Shown here piece after piece: positions 10,539 through 21,377 of a stretch of 64,000 nucleotides of DNA (positions are counted from its first letter, which is position 1; every line of letters starts with the position of its first letter). The stretch comes from Podarcis erhardii (lineage: Eukaryota): NCBI GenBank assembly GCA_964252035.1, contig OZ176216.1; one strand, given 5' to 3'. The position numbers and the translations under genes are program-made. The notes under the pieces are model-generated. The model did not search any database, was not told the DNA's origin, and saw only the letters and a program-made list of their open reading frames with translations.

Positions 10539-11758
10539 GGCCTAGGAAGAGACAGAAAAGTCAAATGAGGACAGGAAACAACTTGTATTAGGGAAGGCAC
10601 AACTACACTACAAAACTATCAAGTGCCATGTCTTCTCTCAGCAAATTCTGGGAACCGTATTTGAAGATGTCCTGAGCTGCCTTCTCAGAAAATTCCTAAT
10701 ACCCCCTAAGGAAGTAACTATTAAAGGAGGTTACGGCTATAATCCTAATCACACAAACTGTATACCCCAATATAGTGGTTTACATTAGGGCAAACATGTT
10801 CAAGATGACCTTTTAACACTGCAAACCCATACACACTGACTTACTAGACAAAGTTCAGTTGAAATCAGTACAACTTACTTTTGAATAAACCTGCACAGGC
10901 ACATACTCCTTGTCTGTTGTGTAGGTATGTCTCAGAAAAAAAGACAGTATTAATCACTGTTCCTAAAATTATGTTTCCCCTTTAATACTACTTTTTAATA
11001 TTTATTTTATGCCACTAATATGGTACATGCTCCTCTACTACACCTCTTGCAATCTAATTATAAACTTGTGTACTCCTGAAAACCCACCTTTAGTGGGACT
11101 TACTTCCTCATCACACTTGGGATTTAACTATTTCTACATTTTAGAACATAACTTTACATTCTTTTAAAATTTGTTTTTCAGCCCTATGCTTCTCCAGTTC
11201 TTTTCCCACACCAAAATCAGTCTGATTCCCTGACACTGGACAGTGATATTAACTGCTGAAAGATCTTATTTTAACCAAAACATATGGGGATGGTTTCATC
11301 ATGTGGATAGGTTAGAAGGATGGATTGTGCTGAAATTTGGAACTGGAGTTCAGTAGGGGAATACCTCTGAATCAGAAAAGGTTGTAGCTGATAAAACTGA
11401 AGAACTGAGCTGATCCACATTTTCCCACATTTTCTTGCTTATTTGCCTTGGTTTCGATTGTAATTTTGCCTCAGGATCTCAGCCAAAATGGGCAGCCTCA
11501 GTAGAGTGAAGTTCAAGGCTGTAGCTGATGTTAAAAAGTGCTGAAGGTGGCAGGAGGAACTGGAGCAGGCAACCAGAAAAACTGATTGCTTTTGTTTGTG
11601 ATGCAACTTCCTGATCATCAGCTAGTCCTGATGTCACTGGTTTCTGAGCATCCATGGAGTGAGACACTTTTATCCAAAAATCAGTATGACCGGACCTTGT
11701 CATGAAGGAGGTCAAGCACTAAGATGCAGCTGTATTCCTATACAGCCTCACTAGTGAG

Positions 11759-12262
11759 CAGGGGCGCCGACTTATAAAAAATATTGGGGGGGGCGGGGGC
11801 CCATACCGACTTATAAAAAATATTGGGGGGGGCCCAAGACCTCCAAACCGCTGCTGCTGGGGGAACGAAAGGGGCGAGCCCCGGGCTGCCCCGACCTTAA
11901 GTGAACCTGTGAGGGCCCGCCCTTTGCGGCAGCCGATTGGCTGCCGCCGTGGGCGGTGAATATTAATGAGCTAGGGGGAATCCCCGCGAGATTGTTGATG
12001 GGTCATTGTTGATGGGTCGAGAGCCCGCAACCCCACCCCCTCTCTAGATCGGGAGTGGCTTTGTTTTAACTCATTACTGAATGTATTTTAAAAGGTAACT
12101 ATCGTCAAACAAGGAAAATAAAAAATACCAACATAATTTTGTGATTTTACAAAGCATAATATAACTAATACTTTTCTTAAATTATTGGGGGGGCAGAGCC
12201 CCCCCAAACGAATTTTTGAGGGGGCTCGGGCCCCCTCAGGCCCCATGGAGTCGGCGCCTATG
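11759..12262. mobile_element. hAT-superfamily non-autonomous element (504 bp)
   Basis: TIR CAGGGGCGCCGACT / AGTCGGCGCCTATG; 8-bp TSD CTAGTGAG at 11751-11758 and 12263-12270; CpG-rich. Confidence 0.9.
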
Positions 12263-12887
12263 CTAGTGAGTAAGGGCCACTGAAATAAGCAGCATTTAGA
12301 TTTGTGTAAACACACTCAAAAGGTTGCACTGCATAATAATATGCAGGCAGAAATACTACCAAATGTTTGAAGCAGCCACTTCAATTGCATATTGATGAGA
12401 TTTGAAACCTAGAATTATTTAAAAAATGATTTGTACAACTCACCGCTCAAGTTCTTTATAACCATCTTTTTAATTAAGGGTAGTATTCAGTGGCCCCACT
12501 GAAATTAACGTACATGTCGAAGTTACATCCCCTAATTTCAATGGAACTTCTCTGAATAAAATTTAGTTGAATACCAACCCAATGCTACAAGCCTTGTATC
12601 TTAATATCTTAAAATTAAATAAGCACAATATTGCCTGATATATTTAATTTCCCAGAAACATTATTAGCACAAAGGTGTGCATATGACATACTACAACACA
12701 ATCCTGCCATACACTCAGGGTGTGTACCTGAAAGCTCTCACCTCCCTTTTGATAACGCTGGTTTTGATGGCTCAGAAACAAAATGGAAGGCAATCTGTGC
12801 ATGCTTAAAGGCAGGTTCACTCCCTTATTGCTCTTTTGAAAAAGCTTTTAGGGATGAGCAAGTTACCTGATTTGAAAACAGCCTACA

Positions 12888-13268
12888 GCAGGTAGCGCTG
12901 TGGTCTAAACCACTGAGCCTCTTGGGCTTGCCGATCAGAAGGTCAACGGTTCGAATCTCCACAATGGGGTGAGCTCCCGTTGCTCTGTCCCAGCTCCTGC
13001 CAACCTAGCAGTTCAAAAGCACGCCAGTGCAAGTAGATAAATAGGTACCGCTGTGGTGGGAAGGTAAACGGCGTTTCCGTGCGCTCTGGTTTCCGTCATG
13101 GTGTTCCGTTGTGCCAGAAGCAGTTTAGTTATGCTGGCCACATGACCCAGAAAGCTGTCTGTGCACAAACACCAGCTCCCTTGGCCTGAAGCAAGATGAA
13201 CGCCACAACCCCATAGTCGCCTTTGACTAGACTTAACTGTCCAGGGATCATTTACCTTTTTTTTTTTA
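12888..13268 (+). mobile_element. Sauria SINE
   Basis: gcgctgtggtctaaacc..ggttcgaatc..gagctcccgttgct..caagtagataaataggtacc..tttacctt tail. Confidence 0.88.
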
Positions 13269-13549
13269 CAAGCCTATACACACTTGTAAGCACCATGGAG
13301 GCTATTAGGACACACTTCTAATAAATGTGCATTGAACAGTACTGCACACCCCTACGAGCAATGCATCATTGAGCCCAACCAAAGAATCACCTTGCTGGAT
13401 CAGATGGAAGAGTCTGTCAAGTGGAAGAACTCTGGCCAGTCACTCTCAGGCTAATCTTCCTAATGTAGTTGCTGTGGATACCTATGCCCACATGTGTGAT
13501 ATGGACATGTGTTTTGGATATATTAAAAAGTTCCCTTATTTTGTTATTT

Positions 13550-13920
13550 AATTTTGCTGCTTCTGAGGCTTCCGTGCTCTCCTGTTAGCTGTGATGGCCT
13601 CAATAATATTGTCCAAAAAATGATGATGATGGCATAAATCATTGAATGTTATTTTTAATATTGCAATTGTTGTATAAGGGATTATCATGATCAGAATGTA
13701 ATTGAAATTAATAAGATTTTGGAGCGCAGAAATAAAGAAAATCATCAAAGCATCCATTCTAGCACACGGGGGGGGGGGCACCTAAATGATATCATTCGGT
13801 ATTTGAACGATTGGTATTAGTAATTGTATTATAAATTGGTATTGTTATAATGTGGCTGTTATTGGAATGTAACTAAAAATTAATAAAAAATATTTTATAA
13901 ATTGTCAAAAAAAAAAAAAA
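13550..13920 (+). mobile_element. AT-rich retro-insert ending AATAAA..poly(A), probably an L1 3' UTR
   Basis: aataaaaaatattttataaattgtc(A)14; no TSD found. Confidence 0.35.
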
Positions 13921-13999
13921 GGAAGGAAGGAAGGTTAAGAACAGGAAAAGATGGTAGGCTGCATCTGAATATGGTGGCTCCATTTCAGCAGCATCCCTA

Positions 14000-14300
14000 A
14001 AGACTCCTTCTTTCCTCAGCTCCCTTCGCCAGGTGGCCCCTTCCCTTCCCTTCCGCCCCCCCCCCTGCCCCGCTCCATCCTCCCCTCGGTCTCAGCGGAG
14101 GCCGGCCCTTTCCCTATGCCCACCTGATAAAAAGGCGGAGTAAGGGGAAGGAAAAGCAGGAAGCCGTTTCCAAGGCAACCGCCCAAACGGCGCGCGCCGG
14201 AAGCGAAGGCGCACGCTGGCGGAAGTGACGTAAACATACCACGACGCCGGCTTCGGGAGAGTGGAAAGGTGTGTTTGCGGGGAGACCTAAGTGGGTTAAA
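14000..14300. promoter_or_regulatory. CpG-rich bidirectional promoter of CFAP68 (-) and FDXACB1 (+)
   Basis: CpG cluster; X-box GTTTCCAAGGCAAC 14166-14179; CCGGAAG; GCGGAAGTGACGTAA 14219-14233; divergent donors CAG|GTGGGC (minus, exon ends 14124) and AAG|GTGTGT (plus, exon ends 14268). Confidence 0.85.
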
Positions 14301-14454
14301 AGACCCGATGAAGAAGGGAAAAGGCGGGGGGGGGGCAGCAGTAATTTGCCTCCTTTATGCCCTCTGCGTGAGGGAGGGTCCTAAAGAGAGGGACGTGGTC
14401 AATCACATGCCACGCCCCCTAGGAATCCCCTATTTCTTTGTTTACATACAGTCA

Positions 14455-14697
14455 CATAGCTGTCAACTTTCAGATTTGAAAATAAGGGCTCAGCAGCCTC
14501 GAAAATAAGGGATCAGCAGCCTCGAAAATAAGGGATCAGCAGCCTCACCTGTCCCACGGAGCCTCGAAAATAAGGGGTCAGCAGCCTTACCTGTCCCCGG
14601 GACAGTCTACGGGTTATCTAACAATCCGGGATAGCAGCGGGAAACGGTGCTGGAATAAGGGGATTTCCTGCAAAAAAAGGAAACGTTGACAGCTATG
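14455..14697. mobile_element. hAT MITE (243 bp) with internal 23-bp tandem repeat
   Basis: Perfect TIR CATAGCTGTCAAC/GTTGACAGCTATG; TSD TACAGTCA at 14447-14454 and 14698-14705. Confidence 0.9.
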
Positions 14698-14703
14698 TAC
14701 AGT

Positions 14704-14880
14704 CAGTGCTTTTTTTCTGGGGGTACGCATGGGTACGCATACACCTAAACACTTTGTGAATCTTTGCACTTTTGTCCGTTTACTGTTTTTATTTTCCCGA
14801 TATGAACTATAAAATGGTGATTTTCTTGAGTCAAAATGAGAATAACCCTAAACATTTTTTTAAGGAAAAAAAAAGCACTG
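14704..14880. mobile_element. Older hAT MITE (177 bp)
   Basis: TIR CAGTGCTTTTTTT/AAAAAAAGCACTG; TSD CATACAGT at 14445-14452 and 14881-14888. Confidence 0.85.
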
Positions 14881-15803
14881 CATACAGTATATCCTGCCAG
14901 TTCGTGAAGGAGCTCCAAGGCGGTGTAAACATAATTCTCACCCAGCTCAACCTCCTCCAGCTTGTTCTCTCACAACATGCTTTAAGGGACTGGTCAGGAA
15001 TGAAGGGGCATCATAGTCCCAGCAGCGGCTGAAGGGCAGCAGAGTGGAGTGGACTAGCTGAAGAAAGGTCACCTCATGGCTTCGGGGTATTGGCCCTGGA
15101 TCTCTCCCCTAATCTCAGTGTGAGGTTCTGAGTTACTACAGTCTCATACCGACTCACCACTGCTTCAAGGAGGGGGGAATCTACTCACCTGTATATCCAA
15201 CCTTTAGAGAGCCAAGAGGACTCGCTTTTCTAAAATTACTAATTTTTTAATGCTCAATCTTTACTGTACTCTTCATTATTGGTATTTTTAAAAAAACAAA
15301 AATTGTACAGAATATTTGCAGTGTTGGGAGTATAAGGAATGAAGGTGTGGTAAACCACGGCATTGAATTAACATGATTAATGAAACAATCTAAACCGCTT
15401 GCTGCTAGTTTGATTCACATCTTGGCTTTGTCTTCAGCTTCCTGTCACCATACACCTTTTTTCAGCGTGTATTTGTGTATGTTAAAGTAAGATTAGAATA
15501 CTTGCTTGCTTATGAGCTTGAATTTTTGACCTGCACGAAGGATTTTCTACATTGCTGTCATGGCAGCTAGGCTGGCCTGGTGGATATTATTAGCAAATGC
15601 TTTTTCTGACTGGAGACAACTCTAGATGTTTTTGGAACCAGCCTGATTCTTATATTTTTTGTTTATAATGCCTGACATTTTATTATGTTTTTATATGTGT
15701 TGGAAGCCACCCAGAGGGGCTGGGGCAACACAGCCAGATGGACGGGATATAAATAATAATAATTATTTTTATTACATTTCTCTCCACGTAAGGTTTTGCC
15801 ACC

Positions 15804-15987
15804 ATGAGGCCTCTGCATCACCAGCCCTGTCTCCTCCTAGTTGGAGAAGGAAACTTTTCCTTCTCTGCCAGTGTGTGTGAAGCAAGGAGTTGTGAGGCTC
15901 ACATTGTTGCTACTTGCTATGAGAGTGAAGCTACTGCAACTAGACAAGCTGTTGCCAAGTCCAACATACAATATCTGAGGGACAGAG
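15804..15987 (+). CDS. FDXACB1: FDXACB1 first coding exon (exon starts 15793)
   Basis: GCCACCATG Kozak; LLLVGEGNFSFS..ATC..NIQYLRDRG|GTAAAA matches human LLLVGEGNFSFA..NLQCLRERG. Confidence 0.93.
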
Positions 15988-16902
15988 GTAAAAGGAAGAA
16001 GAAAAATAAAAAAAGAAAACTTGTTTGTTGCATAATTTCTGATGGCTGTTGTTGGAGAACTATTTTCACCAGAGCAAATTGGCTTCTTGGGACTCTGATA
16101 ATGGGCTTGCTGGGATGCCACAGGATAAATGGGGTTGCTAGGATCCTGCCTAGACATGTAAACCTTCTAAATAAGTAACTGGAAGTCCATCTGTCCTCCT
16201 CTTTATAGCAAGTTGGACTTGCCCTGCAGTAGGTCAGATGGAAGAAGCAGGATTAAGGGACCAGGGAAATGAATGGTGTGCAGAAGCCACGGTTGCATTT
16301 TCACAATATCTGATTAGAGCAAGTTGAAGAAAATTGAAAATAAAAACATTATTAGAAACTGTAGGAGGTAGAGGAAAAATTGGATTGTGCTTGTGGAAGT
16401 TGTTCCACTTGTTCAGTGACTTCCCAGAGCAGTTAAATGAAAACAAATCATGGCTCCACCATAGCCAGGCCACAGCCACACAGTCAAAAGGAATCAGTTA
16501 CAGCATTGTCATCTACATTCTTGGCACATTTAGAGAGCTGGAAAGGATCTTGTTTCAGTCTAGCTTGACTTGCTTCTTGAGTCACTTGAAGCTATTTATT
16601 GTATCTGCTGTGTACTTGTGGGCACAACAATCAGGTTTAGGTGAATTAATTTGTGGAAGACCTTGTCCTGAAGCAAGGAACTGTGATGTGGGTATTGGGT
16701 GAGGACCCTGCAAGTTCAAGCCTAAAGAATATATAAATTTGCTTTCAGTTGTTACCTTTGTTGCATTGGGAATACCCTTCCAGGCAGTGTCTCATTAAGA
16801 TAATGATGATAATAAAGATTCTGCCTTTTTCAAGTGCCCATTAAAGTGTGTATTGCATGATCTCCTAGTATCTTACATATCATTTTTCTTTTACCATTCC
16901 AG

Positions 16903-17059
16903 GTGCTAAAGTTCTCTTTTGTGTTGACTGCACAAAACTGAAGGAGCGTTTTTTGCCAGCTGATTGGAAATTTGATTGCATTTATTTCAACTTCCCCCAC
17001 TGTGGGAGAAAAGCTGGAGTGAAAAAGAACAGGGAGCTTCTTGCCAGGTTTTTCTTTAG
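16903..17059 (+). CDS. FDXACB1: FDXACB1 coding exon 2
   Basis: AKVLFCVDCTKL..FDCIYFNFPHCGRKAGVKKNRELLARFFF; AG/GT boundaries, 157 bp. Confidence 0.93.
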
Positions 17060-17739
17060 GTGAGGCCAAAATGAACCATGTCAATGTACTCTTGTTACTG
17101 GGAAGGTGGTGTGTGTTAATTTCAGTTGATGTTGCTACCTAGCACCAAAACCTGTCTTCAATATAAAATTGATATAAATGTGAGCCAGCTAAGTTCAGAT
17201 GTTCTGGTTTTATACAGGCAGGCATATTTAGTTGATGCGCTTTCTTTTAAACACTATATACAAATAAATGCTTTGTTGCAATTGGCTGTTTTGTGCAACG
17301 AGGCAGTGTGGTAGCAGATAGGGAAATGCACCAGGGTTTTCATGGAAGAGGTGATGGGCAGAGAACTAATAATTCTGCACCTTGGAGTTCCTATTCATTT
17401 TTGCAAGTTTTCCAGCACCTCCAGTTAGAGGAACTATAAAGATCCTATTTGGAGCTGATAAGGTCTAGTGAGAAAATATAAGCACTATGTGTTTCCCTCT
17501 CTTTGTAATCTTTCTTTTGCTGAAAGTTTCTTGTCATACCTGCCCAAGCACAGTAACCAATCATATAACACACTCTTTCCCCTCTCAAAGTGCAACTCTC
17601 ACAATTCTTCCCCCACCCCCTAAAATATTGCTAAAAGCAACACAATCCAAGGACTTCTTGGAAACAGCTCAATAAGGCAGCAGAGTGTTGCCTCGGGCAC
17701 AAAAGAATGCTCCCCATTACTCCTCTGTTCCTTTTCCAG

Positions 17740-17943
17740 CTGTGCAGAGGTCCTGGCAGAGAAAGGCAAGGTCCATGTGGCACTTTGCAGAGGGCAGGGT
17801 GGTACCCCTGCAGACCAGCCTGTGAGGGAATGGCATAACAGCTGGCAAGTAGTGGCTATGGCAGCGGAGGCAGGATTTATCTTGAGCGACATTCATCCAT
17901 TTAACATCGGGGATGCTTGCGGATATAAATGTACAGGTTACAG
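17740..17943 (+). CDS. FDXACB1: FDXACB1 coding exon 3
   Basis: CAEVLAEKGKVHVALCRGQGGTPADQPVREWHNSWQVVAMAA..YKCTGY; 204 bp. Confidence 0.93.
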
Positions 17944-18138
17944 GTAAGTTGCAGCACAGCACAGCAGATGGTGGCATTCCAGATGTCATTGTGGGTGTTG
18001 CCATGGTAACCAGCATATTAGCATCTGCTCTTGCTTCTGAAGCTGCCTCTGTGTTTAAGAAACAGCAAGGAAGTTTCTTTGCTGAATGTTGCAGTATAAG
18101 ATTCCTGTCTCTAGCAGAAAGAGTGCTATATTTTATAC

Positions 18139-18275
18139 CAGCCTTTCCCAGTCTGGTGCCCTCCAGATGTTTTTGACTGCTGACTCCCACCAGCCCTGAC
18201 TCACTGACCTTGCTGGTTGGGGTAATGGGAGTTGAAATTAAAAATTCATGGAGGACACCAGGATGGGGAAGGCTG
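18139..18275. mobile_element. Short hAT-like MITE
   Basis: TIR CAGCCTTTCCCA/TGGGGAAGGCTG; same family as 34360-34475. Confidence 0.65.
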
Positions 18276-18463
18276 CATTTTAACTGTCTTTGGTTCTCAG
18301 GACTTCTATCAGGTTAGTTGATAGAGGGAATGGATTGGATCTCAATCTCCAGTTCAGTGCTACAGAGATGCTGGGGGAAAGAGTCAGCACTCCAGTTTCC
18401 CATGCCTTCCTTCTACCATTTACTTTCAGCCAGCCTGGCATTTATGCCAAGGCCCTGAATCTA

Positions 18464-18714
18464 CAGTCGTACCTCTGCTTATATCCCTCTGGATATGTAA
18501 ACTTCGGGTTGTGAACGCGGCAAACCCGGACGTAATATACTTCCGGCTTTCGCTGTGGATGCATGCGCAAAAGTGCTCTCTGCATGACACATGCATGTGC
18601 AGAAGCGCTCAATCACGCCGCGTGCGTGCACAGAAGGGCGCCTCCGATTACAGACTTTTCAGGATACGGCCAGGCCTCTGGAACGGATCCCATCCGTAAC
18701 CAGCGGTACCACTG
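18464..18714. mobile_element. Tc1/mariner-pogo type MITE
   Basis: TA-flanked imperfect TIR CAGTCGTACC / GGTACCACTG. Confidence 0.75.
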
Positions 18715-18816
18715 TAATTGGTTTACTGTTGATCATGTAGCTCAGCAATAGTTTGGTTTTATGCTTGTGCAAATAAAGAGTGTCTATTTAACCATTCTTG
18801 GCTTGTTTGTTTGCAG

Positions 18817-18975
18817 GAGTCAGGATAAACCTTTTCATGTAGAAGGAGCTTTGAATCACATATTCACACAGAGTGTGCCTTTTCAGCATCCCAAGCCTAT
18901 GATCTGTCAAACAGAACTGGAAGGAAAGTTGGTTTCCTTCCTTGTTCCAGAGATATTTCTAGATAAGATTAACAG
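18817..18975 (+). CDS. FDXACB1: FDXACB1 coding exon 4
   Basis: SQDKPFHVEGALNHIFTQS..DKIN; 159 bp. Confidence 0.93.
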
Positions 18976-19571
18976 GTATGTAACTGAGTTTCAGCACCCA
19001 TTTGAAGTTAATAAATATACAGCATAGTCACTCAGTTGAGGACTGGAAAATTCAGTAGGCATCTTATTTTCTTAGCCCTGGGGTGATCTTTAGACCAGTC
19101 CTCACAATGTTAATTTTGATACAAGTTCCATTGACTGGTATTTACTTCTGCGTAGGATATGGTTGGTGTTGCAGTCTAATCTTCATCTAAAGTTTGTAAT
19201 GTATAAAATATATTGTGGTTTAATGGATGTTTGCTGAATCCAAATCCTGGGTAAAGCTGCATTCAAATTCTGCTTCATGGGATCTCTTTGTAGCTTTGAA
19301 CTACTAGAGACATGATATCCTGCTGCCGTTACTGCTGGAAGGGGGCTCCAGCTGTCAAAAGACAAATAGTCCTGTCTGTCTTGGATCATCTGGAAGAAAT
19401 AGTTGCTGCCAGATGGTCTTCCCACCTGCAAAACTCACTAAGGATCATATAGCTCCTTTGCACATTTTGGCGCTACATGAACAGAGTGCTGTTCTTTAAA
19501 ATACAAAATCCGAGCTTAACGACTTGCCTAAGAATATTGCTTTCTGTTGTTTTTTCCCTGTTTTTAAATAG

Positions 19572-20757
19572 GGGGTTCCTGGATACAAATTCGGAACATC
19601 CTATAAGAACAATAAACGCAAAGCTCACTGATGAGCTTTGCAAGTCTTTCCCAGTTCAGAAAGTGAGTGCTTCTCTTTCCTTGATGTTCCAAGATTGTCA
19701 CAGCTCTTCTTCCACTCTGGATGCCACTTGGATGGTTCCTGCTGCCCAAAGTAACCCAAAAGCCAAGTCTGTGGTTAATAAAACTGCAGCGGATACAGAG
19801 GCCTTTGCCTTTCCTTCTGGCTTTCCTGCCTGGGATGATACAGATCTGGGTGGCAACTTGATCAGCTGGGAAAGAGATTGGATCTTTGGACATTATTGTC
19901 TCCGACCTTCCCTTCTTGTTTCTCTTCACAGAACTGTACGAGACAGAGAGCTTCCTCTGGGGACTTTCCTGGTCCTCAGTGGGCTGGCATTTAGGAAATG
20001 CAAGCTCTCGGCTCATGCTCTGCCCATTTTTCATGAGTCCGTTTTTATCTGTGTGGTTAATAAGGGCACAGAAGAAGCGTGTAGCCAGCTCCTCGCAGAA
20101 AACCTTACAAGTACTTTATGTGCTCTGCTCCAGCCTTCAGGCTTCAAGCTAGACTGTACAGCGGACAAGCCAAAGACACAGCTAAATACTTTTGCGAATC
20201 CTGAACTTCAGCTCCTTAAATCAAAGTACTTTTTCAGTGTGACCCCTGACACTTCTGACCCAGACCCAAATAAACTTTGTGTAGGGACCGTAAGTACAAC
20301 GCCGTGGCAGCCTACAAGCATTGATCGAGAAATTGTTTGTGCTTCGCTGAACCTTGATCTTCTGGCCATGCATGTATGTGAAATCTTTGACTGGCGCATG
20401 CTCTGGACTTCTGACGAGCGCTTCCTAAATCAGTTTGCAGGAGGGCATTTAGGTCCATTCAAGAGCTTTTCCCTCTACCCGGTCTCCTACGTTCATGACG
20501 TCAGCTTCTGGGTTCCGAAACCAGAAGAGTTTAATGAGACCCAGCTCCATGCCATTGCCAGGTGTGTGTCTTCTGAATCAGTGGTGTCTATCCAACTGCT
20601 CGACAGCTTTCGGCACCCAGGCACAGGGCAAACCAGCCTCTGCTACAGGATCACTTACCAGTCTTGTGACAAAGCACTGAGTCGCCAGCAGGTGGCAACA
20701 ATGCAGATGAACCTTAGGAAAGAAATACAGCGCTGTCTGCATGTGACACTTAGGTAG
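19572..20757 (+). CDS. FDXACB1: FDXACB1 last exon (PheRS-like core and C-terminal FDX-ACB domain)
   Basis: GFLDTNSEHPIRTINAKL..LNLDLLAM..DWRMLWT..SLYP..YVHDVSFW..SLCYRITYQSCDKAL..VTLR*; total 629 aa. Confidence 0.95.
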
Positions 20758-20914
20758 TTCTTTATCATTCTGTGCAGACAGGTTTTGTTGGACTCCCCAA
20801 TTCAAATTAGCTGTGTGTGTTAACATCAGGCCAACCATAGCAAGCCTTTTATAAAGGCTGGATGGGCTTGAAGGTGGTGCATTCACCACCTTTTTCTATT
20901 TTCCTATTTAAGGC

Positions 20915-20920
20915 AATAAA
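20915..20920 (+). terminator. FDXACB1: FDXACB1 polyadenylation signal
   Basis: AATAAA about 160 nt after the stop. Confidence 0.7.
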
Positions 20921-21141
20921 GTCAAACACTTTATAAACCTTGTTTAACTCTTGTCACTCTCGGTGAGTTCTTTTTGGAAGAGGTTATTCATTGCAGGCCG
21001 ATGTAATTGTATCCAGCTCCTGTTCAAAAGCTTATGGAGGCTGTAGCTGGTCAGAGAAAATAATACAAGGCAGTTTAATTGAGTCCCATCCACTCTTCTT
21101 TTGCTTATTTGGAATGGCATAAATGGAAACCCTGGATATGT

Positions 21142-21377
21142 AACTAAGGCCCGGGGGCTGGATCTGGCCCAATCGCCTTCTCAATCCAGCCCGCAGACAG
21201 TCTAGGAATCAGCATGTTTTTACATGAGCAGAATGTGTGCTTTTATTTAAAATGCATATCTGGGTTATTTGTGGGGCATAGGAATTCGCTCATCCCCCCC
21301 CCCCAATATAGTCCAGCCCCCCACAAGGCCTGAGGGACAGTGGACCGGCCCCCTGCTGAAAAAGTTTGCTGACCTCT
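21142..21377. mobile_element. hAT MITE, left end truncated
   Basis: Ends aaaaagtttgctgacctctg, a TIR related to the 9862-10104 element. Confidence 0.6.

Noticed and set aside
14016-14237. ORF MFTSLPP..PFYQ in frame with CFAP68 exon 2
   Set aside because: The ATG lies within the core promoter motifs, probably upstream of the TSS, and shows no similarity to the human N-terminus. Exon 1 is treated as non-coding.
15183-15230. Strong minus-strand donor CAG|GTGAGT in FDXACB1 intron 1 (possible upstream CFAP68 exon)
   Set aside because: No convincing acceptor or promoter; isolated donors are common
19477-19571. N-terminal 31 aa of the 426-aa ORF
   Set aside because: Intronic read-through upstream of the FDXACB1 last-exon acceptor
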